A stretch of DNA of 64,000 nt. It comes from Felis catus (lineage: Eukaryota). Under the pieces are notes generated by a model. The model had not been told where the DNA came from. It did not search any database and saw only the letters and a list, made by a program, of their open reading frames with translations. The translations under genes were made by a program, and so were the position numbers. Every line of letters starts with the position of its first letter. The stretch's first letter is position 1. Shown one piece after another: positions 40,464 to 53,450 of this stretch. The stretch is from NCBI RefSeq assembly GCF_018350175.1, contig NC_058368.1:44518001-44582000 (forward strand), in the 5' to 3' direction.

Positions 40464-42225
40464 CAGCTTTTGTTACTCACTGTGATCATATTGACCCCAC
40501 CTCCTATATGCTTCTTCACAAATAACTACTATACATAACATTACAGAATTGGCATTGTCCATTTCCTTCTATCCTCAGTCACATTATACACCCTTGTATT
40601 CTATGAATAGAGGCAGAAAAATTAGAGTGCAGTGAAGGTGAAAAATAAATGGCTGTCATAGGTCATACTCAGCAAAAGACCAAAACTGCATTAAAAGGAG
40701 CCAAAATTATACTGAGGAAACAATAAATAAAATATTCTTTATATCTTCCTTATAGTCATTAATCCTGCTTTCCGCCACCCCCCACATGGCAAATTACAGA
40801 GGTCATAAATGACTTTCTCAACCATCACAAAGCCTGCCATTCTTAATTATTTTTTTTTCTGAAATACACCATCTTATCATTTATCTCAATGATCACTTTT
40901 TGTTTTTGTTTTTGTTTAACTCAATGGTGTTTAATTTGGAATTTTAGTGATACGCATTACCAATGCAACCACAAAGCATTTAAATGAATTTTAACGCAGA
41001 GAATTCAGTAAATATGGATTAAGAAAAGTCAACCAACCATAGGTTTGAGATGATAAAAATATAGTGACATTTCAGAAGAAAGCATGAGATACTGGAGTTT
41101 GACTCACTCAACAGAAAATGGCTTTTTACCCTGCCTCCAAAAGAGAGGCCAGAAATCTTTTTTAATACTCCTACATTTATTTTAAACCTCTTTGAGCCAA
41201 AAAGTATTCATGTGACTCACTGCTGAACTGTGAAATGAAAAGGGAGGTCAACTGGCACTACCTTGATGGATTTTCCTTCTTCCTTTTCTAGAATACTGGT
41301 GATAACTGGGAATATAGTAGCACTGGTAAGGAAAGTGTAGCAAAAGATAGAAGGAGACCATTTCCTGTCATCATTGAGGAAGAATTTCAGTCTTAGAGTA
41401 TCACCGGTAGATTTATTTTTGCATGAGGTAAACAAATCCTTTTTGCTTGAGCTACTGTAATCAAGTCTCTTGTGAAACACAATCTTTAACTGATATATGG
41501 TAAAACAACAACAACAGCAACAACAAAACAGAAACAAAAAAACAGACCTTCAAGGACAGAATGATCACGGAATCAAGGACGCCGAGTCTATTTTCTCTAA
41601 ATTCTGAGCCATGTCCAACATTATTTTGAAAATGTCAGCTAGATATATTGCTATCATTTAGAAACTCCGGATTATCCTACAATAATATTTTAGTAATATT
41701 TCAGCATTTAGCCCTTATTGCTTGTCATGCTGAGTTCTACTCACCCAAATTGTTAATAATCACTTATGACAGTAAACAAAACTTGTCAGTTCTGACTCTC
41801 AGTCCACTCACTGATGTGTGTTCAATTCTTGGTGAGCAAATAATCTGCTCTGACAACTTTTCCTGAAGTACTGGTACCTCTCACTAAGTACACCCCTACA
41901 CATTATAAACAGACACTCAATTTTTAAAAAGATCTGGGTCTGGGTGTGATTACAAACCAGAAGTTAAAGAGCTTTCACATTCTTGAATTGAGAAAACACT
42001 AGAAACTTCAAACTCACCCTGGAAGATGACTCTCCTGAGAGAAAGGAGCTTCTGGTCCACATGACCTTGACCATCAATTCCTGAAAATCTCCATGGGGAT
42101 TCCTTATTGCGTGCCAACACTACCCCAGCAATACACAGAGAATTAAGCATGGATAAAAACCATTCCTCTCTTCTTCCTTGAAGAGTTGAAAAGAAGGGGA
42201 AATTTTACAAAAGCTTTTGATGATG

Positions 42226-42259
<34 letters not shown>

Positions 42260-42714
42260 ACATTACCAAGTGATGGACATAAAGCATTTAAAATGCTGGT
42301 TTTTAAAGAGCAGCCATGTATCATAGCTAACATGTTTCTCATTTAAGAGATCAAGTTAAAAAACTAAAAATGTCCTAGCCTGGGTCCTTCTCTTTTTACC
42401 TCCCATACTATCTTTGATATCTTAGAGTCTACCAAGAGAAGCAGCCTTTATGATAGTCTATCTAGGACATATTTATTCAATTCTAGTTCCTGGTAATAAG
42501 ACACATATTGTTTTTGGTAGAAGGATTATATCATTTCAGCATTTGGCAAGACGATCAGATCTATTAAAAAAATACTATTTTCCATTACAGAATGCAATTA
42601 TAATATAAACTGATGAAACAAACATTTTTAGTAAAACGAAATCAAAGTTATCAAACAAGTTATAATATCACTCAAACCAAGAGAAGTAAGAAAACTGCTT
42701 AGAAAGTCGTTTTT

Positions 42715-42825
42715 AAGTTTTTAAAATTTATTTAAGTAATCTCGAAACCCAATGTGGGGCTTGTATTCATGACCCTGAGATCAAGAGTCAAATGCTCTTT
42801 CAACTGAGCCAGCCAGGTACCCCTG
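42715..42825 (-). mobile_element. Short Can-SINE
   Basis: GAGATCAAGAGTC...CTGAGCCAGCCAGGTACCCC. Confidence 0.75.
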
Positions 42826-42968
42826 CTCAGAAAATCTTTGGACTTCACCTATTTTGTATGACACTCACTCATTCATTAATTTTTAATCCAACACTATGTT
42901 ATATATTAGCCAAAATGTGCTCAACAGTAAGCTTTGTGCTTCAGGGAAATAAAAATGAATAACTCACT

Positions 42969-43193
42969 GGGGCGCCTGGGTGGCGCAGTCGGTTGAGCGT
43001 CCGACTTCAGCCAGGTCACGATCTCGCGGTCCGGGAGTTCGAGCCCCGCGTCAGGCTCTGGGCTGATGGCTCAGAGCCTGGAGCCTGTTTCTGATTCTGT
43101 GTCTCCCTCTCTCTCTGCCCCTCCCCCGTTCATGCTCTGTCTCTCTCTGTCCCAAAAATAAATAAACGTTGAAAAAAAAATTAAAAAAAAAAA
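42969..43193 (+). mobile_element. Can-SINE (SINEC_Fc), young
   Basis: CpG-intact body; GAATAACTCACT on both flanks. Confidence 0.95.
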
Positions 43194-43307
43194 GAATAAC
43201 TCACTGACAAATTTTACATTGTAGGAATTCCCAATCTATCAAAAAGAGTAAAAAATATTAATTAATTAATTAATTAATTAATGCAATATAATATGTTAGA
43301 TGGACTT

Positions 43308-43520
43308 TTAAAAGTTTACATATTTATTTTGAGAGAGAGTATGTGTGCATGAGCAGGGGAGGGGCAGAGAGAGAGGCAGACAGAGAATTCCAAGTGGGCT
43401 CCATGCTGTCAGCAAGGACCCCAAAATGGGGCTTGAATTCATGAGCCATGAGATCAAGACCTGGGCTAAAATCAAGCTAGTCCACTGGATGCCTAACCCA
43501 CTGAGTCACACAGGCACCCC
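43308..43520 (-). mobile_element. Can-SINE
   Basis: Reverse body; TATGTTAGATGGA on both flanks. Confidence 0.85.
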
Positions 43521-43631
43521 TATGTTAGATGGATTTTTAAGGTAACCATTTGGTATAGCAATAGCACATTAGAATATAGCATTTTCCCTCCAGATGGTAG
43601 AGGGAATTGGTATATAAAATTTGACACTGGA

Positions 43632-43832
43632 GGGGTATCTGGGTGGTGCAGTCAGTTGACTCTTGATTTTGGCTTAGGTCATGATCTTGAGGTTCATAGG
43701 ATCGAGTCTTGTGTCAGGCTCTGGGCTGGCAGCCCAGAACCTGCTTGGGATTCACTCTCTCCCCCTACCTCTCTGCCTCTCCCCAACTTGCACTGTCTTT
43801 GTCTCTCTCCAGGTAAAGAAATAAACTTTAAG
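43632..43832 (+). mobile_element. Can-SINE (older)
   Basis: GGGGTATCTGGGTGGTGCAG head. Confidence 0.75.
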
Positions 43833-44499
43833 AAATGAAATTGGGTTTGTGTCTTAAAAATTGAATAAGAATGCACTGTGTTAGAACAAGAAGAGCATTC
43901 CAAGCAGAAAAGCACAATCCCAGGCTCCCCGTTCCAGAGCTAAACAGACCATCAGAACTAATTGAAAGCATGATTATACCATTTTTTAATTAATGTTTTG
44001 GCTTGAAACATCACCCTAATCTGAAACAAAATCCAATTTTTGGACAAGAAGTAATTTCCATGAGAAATTTTTGGTACTGTAATAAAGAATATCAAAAGAA
44101 GAAAATGCTCTGTAAGTTCTTGCAAGAGGTGGCAATTTCTTCCTACCTAAAAAGATGACATGTGTTGCATGGTAATTTTATCCAACAGTAATCTCCATGG
44201 ACGTCTCAAGTTTTATTTGTTTTGTTCAATTCTGTATTCCCAGTTTTAGGACAGCACAGTAAATAATGTCACATTTGATACAAAGCAATAAAACAGGAAA
44301 AACAGGGATCCAACTAATGAGAAAGCTACACCAACACTTCTAGAGAAACTCCAGTTACAACTGAGGAATGGAACATATGCAAAACACAACTAAATAGCTA
44401 TCAGCGAAAACTCAGGATGTTCAAAATTAATGTATATAAACAAAATAGGTAAATGTGAAGGATATGAAAAATAAAGGCAATATTAAAGTGGTATTGAGC

Positions 44500-44727
44500 T
44501 GGGACACCTGGGTGGCTCAGTCAGTTAAGTGTCTGACTCTTGATTTAGGCTCAGGATGTGATCCCAGGGTTATGGGATAGAGCCTCACATGGAGCCCTGC
44601 ATAGAGCCCTGCATCAGGCATGGAGCCTGTCTGAGATTCTATCTCTCTCTCTCTTTTTCTCTCTACTTCTGCCTCTCTCTCCCACTCTTATGCATGCTCC
44701 CTCTCTCTAGAATGAAAAAAAAAAAAA
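44500..44727 (+). mobile_element. Can-SINE
   Basis: TSD AAAGTGGTATTGAG. Confidence 0.88.
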
Positions 44728-44804
44728 GTGGTATTGAGTGAAAACATAAAAGTTTTCCAAAGAGAGTAATATCTTCATTGAAAATTCAAAATAAATCAAT
44801 TTAA

Positions 44805-45006
44805 TTTGTTAGTGTATATTTATTTTTGATATAGAGACAGAGCGTGAGTGGGGAGGGACAGAAAGAGAGGGAGACACAGAATCTGAAGCAGCTCCAGGCT
44901 GAGCTGTCAGCACAGAACCCGACATGGGACTGGAACTCTCGAACCTTGAGATCATGACCTGAGCAAAAGTTGGACACTCAACCTACAAAGCCACCCAGGT
45001 GCTCCT
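44805..45006 (-). mobile_element. Can-SINE
   Basis: Reverse body. Confidence 0.85.
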
Positions 45007-45383
45007 CCAATTCAATCAATTTAAATCAGAAGTTCTGACTCTGTGATGGTTTAGGATAGTTCATATCTTTGATATAATTTTCTCTTGAACTGGAAGCATT
45101 TGTGACGCAAGGATAAAATTGTAGAAGACTATACATAATTTTTTTAATATCTTACTTAATTTTTTCACTTCTGGGACAACAACATTTTCATTACAACTCT
45201 TTAACAAGTGAAGATTGGATGGATAGATAGACAAATAAATGCATGAAAAGATTATTAAAATGTTTGCAACGTACATACTTTGTAAGCAAACCAGCACATT
45301 CAGCTCTTTAGTACCACTATGAGAAATACAGAGCCACACAGAAATGTACAAATAATTCTTTTATAAAAAATTAGAGTTCTTCA

Positions 45384-45565
45384 GGGGCACCCAGATGGCT
45401 CAGTTGGTTGAATGTCTGACTTCGGCTCAGGTCATGATCTCACAGCTTTTGAGTTCAAGCCCCACATTGGGCTTGTTGCTGTCAGCACAGAGCCCTCTCT
45501 CTCTGACCCTTCCCCACTTGTGCTCTCTCTCTCTCTCTCTCAAAAATAATAAATCTTTAAAAAAA
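45384..45565 (+). mobile_element. Can-SINE
   Basis: AAAAAATTAGAG on both flanks. Confidence 0.85.
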
Positions 45566-45621
45566 TTAGAGCCTGTCATATAAAGAAATACATACAGGGA
45601 AAGGCAGAGAAATAAGAAAAA

Positions 45622-45666
<45 letters not shown>

Positions 45667-45798
45667 TAATATACATATATATATATATATATATGTTGAA
45701 TAAAATAGCGAAGCATTTTGTGTATTTATAATTACAAATGAAAGTAAAATTCCCAAAAAACAGAATTCAAGAAGGGAGTGAAAAACTGAGCCACCCAG

Positions 45799-46400
45799 TG
45801 TGAGAAAAGATTAACATGGCAGGTTTGGTTTTGCGGTCCTTGCATGTCTCTAGTCACTTGAAACCAAGACTCACTCTCGGTCAAACACTCAAAATACGAT
45901 TTTGAGAAATATTTTTATGTTACTTATGTTTCATATACCCAGAAGAATGGGGCATGCCATACCAGATTTTCAGGACATATGAGAATAATTTTTATGCAAA
46001 CATTAACAAAGATTAATGATGCACCTGCTTTCACTGTTAGGATCTTGAACTGCTATTACCATGCTGGTTGTACAGTAGAACATGTCTATGTTACCACTTA
46101 TCCATAAAAATTTGCACCCTGAGGTTCAAATGGGCTTCCTTGAATGTAGGCATGTTGCATGGGCCCCTACAGTTCACCACAGGAGAGAAAAATGTGTCCT
46201 CTGAGACTTAAAATGACTTGGAAGCCTCCACCTGACCCCTGCGAACTCTACCCAATGCGTATTTTTTTTTCCATATTGATCTTGCTCTGTACCTTTTGAT
46301 GTAACAAATTTTAGTTACTACTAAAACATGCAACTGAGTCCTATGAGTCATTCTAGCGAATCAATTAATTCGAAAGTGGTTTTGAGACACTAAAAACAAC
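45799..46400 (+). mobile_element. Old solo LTR (MER21/68/77 group)
   Basis: TGTGAGAAAAGATTAACATGGCAGG start; CTGAGTCCTATGAGTCATTCTAGCGAATC near the end. Confidence 0.55.
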
Positions 46401-47237
46401 AAGTGCTGCTGTGGCTGATAAGGGAAGTATATGGGAAGGCTGCTATGAGACAGATGTTGGGTCTTTAAAATTAGTGTTTGTAGTGGAATGCCTACGCAGG
46501 AACAAAAGATGGATCCACATAAGTATTTAAGACAGAAGCTCCATTCATATTGCAAAGGATAACACAGACCTTCTAAAATATGAGTAATTCAAAATTACAA
46601 AATATGTAAGGAAGCAATCAACCATAATTTAGAATAATCAGATATAACAAAAATGATTAAACTGCCAAGGCCTTAAGCTAAAAAATATTATAATGTAAAA
46701 GGAAATATTTAAAAATGGGTACATATAAAATGATTAACAGCTTAAAGGATTAGAGATATAAAAAGAATGATACAATATGAAAAAGTATAAGTAGAGGTGA
46801 AATAGAACCAAAATTTTATTTCTATTATAGAAAAATATAGATATTCAAATGTAAAACTCCTTGGGGCAGTTAATTTAAAAATATATGCAGAGAAAGAAAA
46901 TTAATAAGCCAGAGGACAAAATGAGGATATTATAAAATGCAATACAAGGAACTGAAAAGATGAATGATAATTAAAAGACTTTAAATAACCTGGAAGTGAA
47001 ATGTGTCAACGTATGTACAAAAAGAGTTTTAAAAATTAGTAATAAGGATGATGAAGCAAATGCAATACTGAAAATAATATTTTGACAAGAAATTTCTAGA
47101 ATTGGTAAAAGATATTAAATAAGAATGAAAGTCAGAAAATAAAATATAATTTTAAAATAATTAGGATTTAAAGCAAATTGCAATACTACTGTTTTTGAAT
47201 CAATACTGGCAATATTGAGATCAAGACACATCCATAT

Positions 47238-47600
47238 GTGAAAGGTGAAAGGTCTGAGATTTTACTGTACTTGCGGGTTAACAAATTAGTCTTCTAATTT
47301 CTTGAATAGTGGCAGAGATACAAGACTCCTAGGTCAAACACAAAGAACTTTATCACTCACAGCAAATGCAATAGCAGAGTATCAGCATTTTTATAAATTG
47401 CCCAAGCCTCGATTCACATAGGATGACAAGAAGTAGGCTTAGTGACACCTGCTTATGCAGCACCATGTTACAGGAAAAGAACACTATATAGTGGAAATTA
47501 AGAGATAAGAAAGTCAAAATCAAGGAGCTGCAGTTACTAGAATTGTCCAAATACAACCACCTCTTAACATTCAGAACACTAGAAAAGAGCACTTGAATAA
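47238..47600 (-). mobile_element. Ancient LTR fragment (LTR40-like)
   Basis: Weak recalled similarity (AGGTCTGAGATTTTAC...CTTTATCACTCACAGC). Confidence 0.35.
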
Positions 47601-48839
47601 TACCATAGTAATTTTTTTAAAGTTATCTCTATGACCAACATGGGACTCAAACTCAGAACCCCAGATCAAGAGTCACATGCTCTACTGACTGAGCCTGTCA
47701 GATACCCCAAATAATACAGTAATAACTTTAACTAATATTTTCTTCATCTTGTACATTAGTAGAAAAAATCAAATGAACAGGTAGATGATCTTTACCTCTA
47801 CCTTACAAATCTCTCATAACTATATCAAATATTGACACCTCAATTTCGTATAGAAGCTTTCAAAGATCTTTCTCTATCTTCCATGTGTGAGATGAGGGTG
47901 GGAATTCTAGGATGAGTAAGCCAACCCATCATGTCATTTTCAGCCATCAAGTCATTATTACTAATCAAAGTGTAGAGATAAGTATCACACGAAGTTCTGA
48001 TCTGGATAAATAAAAAGAAATGAATTTCTAGATATATGGTGTTGAAAGTGAAGAATATCAAAAACAAAGAGAAAATCTTAGAACCTACTGTAAATAAAAG
48101 ATCCATTTCACAAAATGGGTTAACAAGTTGACTCAAAGTGGGTATTTTTGTAGAAACAGACATCAAATATAAATAATATATTCAATATGATGATATAAAA
48201 TAATCATATTATTACCTTCAAAGTACTCCTCAAGATTAATAATTAAGAATTGATATTTAGTCAAAAACTTCAAAACCTTCTATGAAAGAATTATTTAAAA
48301 ATGTGCTTCCAAATTAAATTAAATCCAAAAGTAAAGATGAGGCTGCAAGGAACAAGGACACCACATGGTTTTTCATTGGAAATATGTTAATTGTTGGAAA
48401 ATTTTGTAATTTTGAAAAACATTATCAAATAGACTAGCTCAATATTAAAATTATTATATCCTGAATCTATATGATCTAGTAATTGAGAATGTGAGCAAGT
48501 TGTAAGTCTTATATAAGGAAAGAAAATGGAAATTTATTTCATTCATACCATGTAGCTCTCTACTTCCAAAGTCTTAAAACAAACAGAATTAAGGATTTAT
48601 ACCATCTGCTCTAATGTCAGTCACATAAAGAACTTTAGCATTCTTTTCTTCACTTTTAAGAGAAAAGCCATTGATTGATTTATTTTTATTTTTTTACACA
48701 ATAGATTGCAAAAATAATTCCCTTTAAACATTTCTTATATTCTATTTGGCATATTGGTAGAAAAAGCAAGGAGTGTAATATATAAAATACACACTCTTCT
48801 GTTTCTTGCAGATGGAAAATGTTTTGTCAGATATTCAGT

Positions 48840-50990
48840 TAATACCTATTCTTCTCTAACTCTTCCTGAAAGCTGAAGGAAAAGGTTCCAAACTCATTTT
48901 ATAAGACCAGTATTACCCTGATAGCAAAACCAACAAGGCCCCACAAAAAAAAGAAAATTACGGCCAATTTCCCTGATGAATATAGATGCAAAAATCCTCA
49001 ACATATTAGCAAACTGAATTAAACAGAACATTAAAAGGATTATACACCATGATCAAGTGGGATTTATTCCAGGGATGCAAGGACAGTTCAACATCTGCAA
49101 ATTAACCAAAGTGATACATCATATTAACAAAATAAACGATAAAAATCATATGATAATATCAATAGATCCAGAAAAAAAAACATTTGCCAAAGTTCAATAC
49201 CAATTTATGATAAAAACTCTCAATAAAGTGGTTATAGAGAGAATGTACCTCAACATAATGAAGGTCTTATATGAAAAACTTATAGCTAATTTCATATTCA
49301 ATAGTGTAAAGCTGAAAACTTTTCCTCTAAGATCAAGAACAAAACAGATACCCACTATCCCTACTTTTATTAAATATAGTATTGAATATTCTAACAAGAG
49401 CAATTAGGCAGGAAAAGAAAATTTAAAAAAAAACATACAAATTAAAAAGAAGTAAAACTGTCAGTATTTGTATTACACATGATACTATATATAAAAAGCT
49501 CTAAAGACTCCATCATAACACTGTTAGAACTGATAAATGGATTCAATAAAGTCATAGGATAAGAAATGAATATTCAAAAATCTGGTGTGTTTATTTTTCT
49601 ACACACTAATAAGGAACTATCAAAGAGAGAAATAAAAAAAATCCCATTTGCAATCACATCAAAAAGAATCAAATACCTTAAAATAAATTTAACAAAGGAG
49701 GTAAAAGATTTGTATATTGAAAACTATAAGACACTAATACAAGAAATTGAAAAAGATACAAATAAATGGGAAGATATCCCATGCTCACGATTGTAAAGAT
49801 TAATACTGTTAAAATGCCATATTACCCGAAGCAATCTACAGATTCAATACAATTCCTATCAAAATTCCAATGACATTTTTCATTGACTATAGCAAATAAT
49901 TCTACAATTTGTATGGAGACACAAAAGACCTCAAATAGCCAAAAGAATCTTGAGAAAGAAGAACAAGGCCAGAGGCATCATACTCCCTGATTTCAAACAC
50001 TACTACAAAGCTATAATAATCAAAACAGTATGGTACCAGTTTAAAACAGACACAATGATCAATGGAAAAGAATTTAAATAAACCTACATGTATATGGTCA
50101 AGTAAATTACAACATAGGAGGCAAGAATATATAATGGGGAAAAGACAGTCTCCTCAATAAATGTTGCTAATAAAACTGGAAAGCTCTATGGAAAACAATG
50201 AAACTTGACCACTATCTTATACCATATATAAAAATCAACTCAAAATGGACTAAAGACTTGAATGTAAAAGCTAAAATTATAAAAATCCTAGAAGAGGGGC
50301 ACCCGGCTGGCTCAGTCACTAAAACATGTGACTCTTGATCTTGGGGTGGTGAATTCGAGCCCCACATTCGGCCTAGAGCTCAGTTAAAGAAGATCCTAGA
50401 AGAAAACATGCCTAGGCAGTTCCATGACATCAGTCTTAGAGATATTATTCTGGATCTGACTCCAAAGGCAAAGACAACAAAAGCAAAAATCAATAACTGG
50501 GAGTACATCAAACCAAAACACTTCTGCCAAGTGAAGGAAACCCTCAACAACAACAACAAAAGAGGCAACCTACTGAATGGTAGAGAAGATATCTATATAT
50601 CCAAAAAGGGGTTAATATCCTAAATATATAAAGAATTCACACAACTCAATTACAAAAACAAACAAAAAAATCCAATAAAAAATTACAAAAACAAACAAAC
50701 AAAAAAATCCAATAAAAAATGGGCAAAGGATGTGAATAGACATTTTTCCAAAGACACATAGATGGCCAAGAGGCACATGAAAAGATGCTCAACATCACTA
50801 AATCGTTAGAGAAATGCAAATCAAAACCACAATGAGATATCACCTTACATTTGACAGAATGGCTATTATCAAGAAGAGAAGAAATAACAAGTGTTGGTGA
50901 GGATGTGGAAAAAAAGGAATAATAATGCAGTGTTGGTGGGAATGTAAAACGGGGTAGCCACTATGGCAACAGTATGGTGGTTCCTCAAAT

Positions 50991-51031
<41 letters not shown>

Positions 51032-51630
51032 TACCATATGATCCAGAAATCCCACTACAGGGTATCTATCCAAATAAAATAAAAGAACTAATTTGAAAAG
51101 ATATGTGAACCCCTATGTTCATTGTTGCATTATTTACAATAGCCAAGATATGGAAACAACCTAATTTCCCATCAACATATACATTCATAAAAAAGATGTG
51201 GTATATGAGCAAAGGAATACCACTCAGACATAAAAAAAAAAAAAAAGAACAAAATCTTGCCATCTGCAAGAACATGGATGGACTCTGAGGATATGCTACA
51301 TGAAACAGGTCAGACAGAGAAAAGTAAATACTACACAATTTTGGTTAAATGTGGAATCTAAGAAAACAAAACAAACCAACCCAGACTCATAGACACAGAG
51401 AACAGACTAGTGAGTGCCAGAGTGGAGGGAGGTTGGAAGGGGGGGCAAAATAGGTGAAGGAGATTAAGAAGTACAAACTTCTACTTATAAAGTAAGTAAG
51501 TCATGGGCATAGGGATGTATGGCATAGGGAATATAGTCAATAACATTACGCTAACTTTGTAAGATTACAGATTGTAACTAGACTTGTGGTGACCATTTGC
51601 AGTGGATACAAATGTCAAAACACTACGCTG
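48840..51630 (+). mobile_element. 5'-truncated L1 (ORF2 RT region to 3' end), degraded
   Basis: Translated fragments GFIPGMQGQFNICK, HHINKINDKNHMIISID, KRIKYLKINLTKEVKDLY, KAKINNWEYIK; many stops and frameshifts; 3'UTR and A-rich end. Confidence 0.93.
50296..50392 (+). mobile_element. Short Can-SINE nested in L1 ORF2
   Basis: GGGGCACCCGGCTGGCTCAG head; TSD ATCCTAGAAGA. Confidence 0.85.
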
Positions 51631-53005
51631 TACCTAAAACTACTATAGTATTGTATGCCAATTATTTCTTAATTTAAAAACAAATAAATTCGTAAAACTA
51701 CTTTACATCCTGGTGGAGGAGACAAAGACAAAACGTTGCTGATTTCTGTGTAATATAATATATGTAAAAAGGCAAATATTCAAAGTGCTTAAAAGAGCAG
51801 AAAGGAACATTTAAACCACCCAGATATTCTTAGAAAGCATTAAGAGCAGAAATGAGCCGAGACTTGAAGAAAAAGAACTATAAATGTTAAAGAAAAATGT
51901 GGAGCCGGCACTTCTGTCAAAAGAAACTGTATGAATAAAAGAATAGAACTATGAAATGATATATTGTGTGAAGCACTTTGTACAAAGTTTGTGGTGTAAA
52001 AGAGAAAGAAATGAAGCAGTATCTATAAAAAGAGACCAATTCATGGAAGGGCTTATGTATCATGCTTAAGGATTTAGACTTAATCTTTTAGGTGACAGGG
52101 AGCAATTGAAGAATTTAAACAGGGAAATGACTGACATGGACAAATTGTGATTTTAAAATAGATTTCCATACTAAAAACAACTTGGCTGAGTAAGTTACCT
52201 CAGTCATTTATTAATGAGAGATAGTGAGAACTTTCCTTAAATCTCTGAATTTCAGATTCTTCACTGCAGAGAGACTTAAATGATATATATAATAAATCAA
52301 GAGATAGATGGAATCAACAAATGCACAAAATTGCAAGATGCATTAAGAATTCAGAAATGTGAAAATGGCAGCCTCACATTCTACAAATGAGGAGGTGTGC
52401 TACTGTGTCACAACAGATGATCAAGAGAATGTTCTCAGACTAAATTTGTATGATGACAAAGCTACCATGAGAATATTCAATGAAGAATTCCTTGTAGCAA
52501 TTGTGGAACAGGGAGTCAGAAATACCATGCCTAGAGGAGAGGAGAGACAGAGAAATTAAAAATGATAATAAGGATAATACTGGGATCACAGTTTGGGGTA
52601 TAAAGAAAAACCAGGTAAGATTCTTATAAGCTATATGGCAAATATCTCAGTATTAAAAAAATAAACATACAAGCATTTACTTAATGGGGACTGTAGAGCC
52701 AAGGTCTTAGGAAATTAATCACTAACTATAATAACGACAGAGATCCTTAAGGAGTATTTATTTTAAGAAGAGAAAAAGAACTGGAGAAGAGGATGGAATG
52801 AAAAAGAACTTCCTCTCCCATACCATAATTTGTTAATTCACTCACTCCACACATATTTATAACATTCCTCACTAATATTACAACAGTCTGTAAGCACATA
52901 CCATTTTGATTCTGAAGTACTAAATTAGTTGAAGAAAACTCATTAAATAACAACATAAAAACACTGAGAGTTATATATGCAATGAAGATAAAAATAACAG
53001 ATTTA

Positions 53006-53450
53006 GGGGTGCCTGGGTGGCTCAGTCAGTGGAACATCCGACTTCGGCTCAAGTCATGGTCTTACAGTTCATGGGTTCAAGCCCCATGTTGGCCTCTGTG
53101 CTGACAGCTCAGAGCCTGGAATCTCCTTCGGATTCTGTGTCTCCCTCTCTCTCTTGCCCCTCCCTGCTCACACTCTGTCTCTCTCTCTCAAAAATAAACC
53201 AACATTAAAAAAATTTAAGGGGCACCTGGGTGGCTCAGTTGGTTAAGCATCTGACTTTGGCTCAGGTCATAATCTTGTGGTTCTTGAGTTTGAGCCCTGC
53301 ATCGGGCTCTGTGCTAACAGCTCAGAGCCCGGAGCCTGCTTCAGATTCTGTGTCTCCCTCTCTCTGCCCCTCCCATGCTCATGCTCTGTCTCTCTCTGTC
53401 TCAAAAATAAAGAAACATCAATTTCTTTTTTAATTTAAAAAAAGTAAAGT
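53006..53450 (+). mobile_element. Two head-to-tail Can-SINEs (second starts 53219)
   Basis: Two heads; outer TSD AAAAATAACARATTTA brackets both. Confidence 0.9.

Noticed and set aside
49057..50623. L1 ORF2-like ORFs as an active reverse transcriptase
   Set aside because: Fragmented by stops, frameshifts and a SINE insertion, and the element is 5'-truncated.
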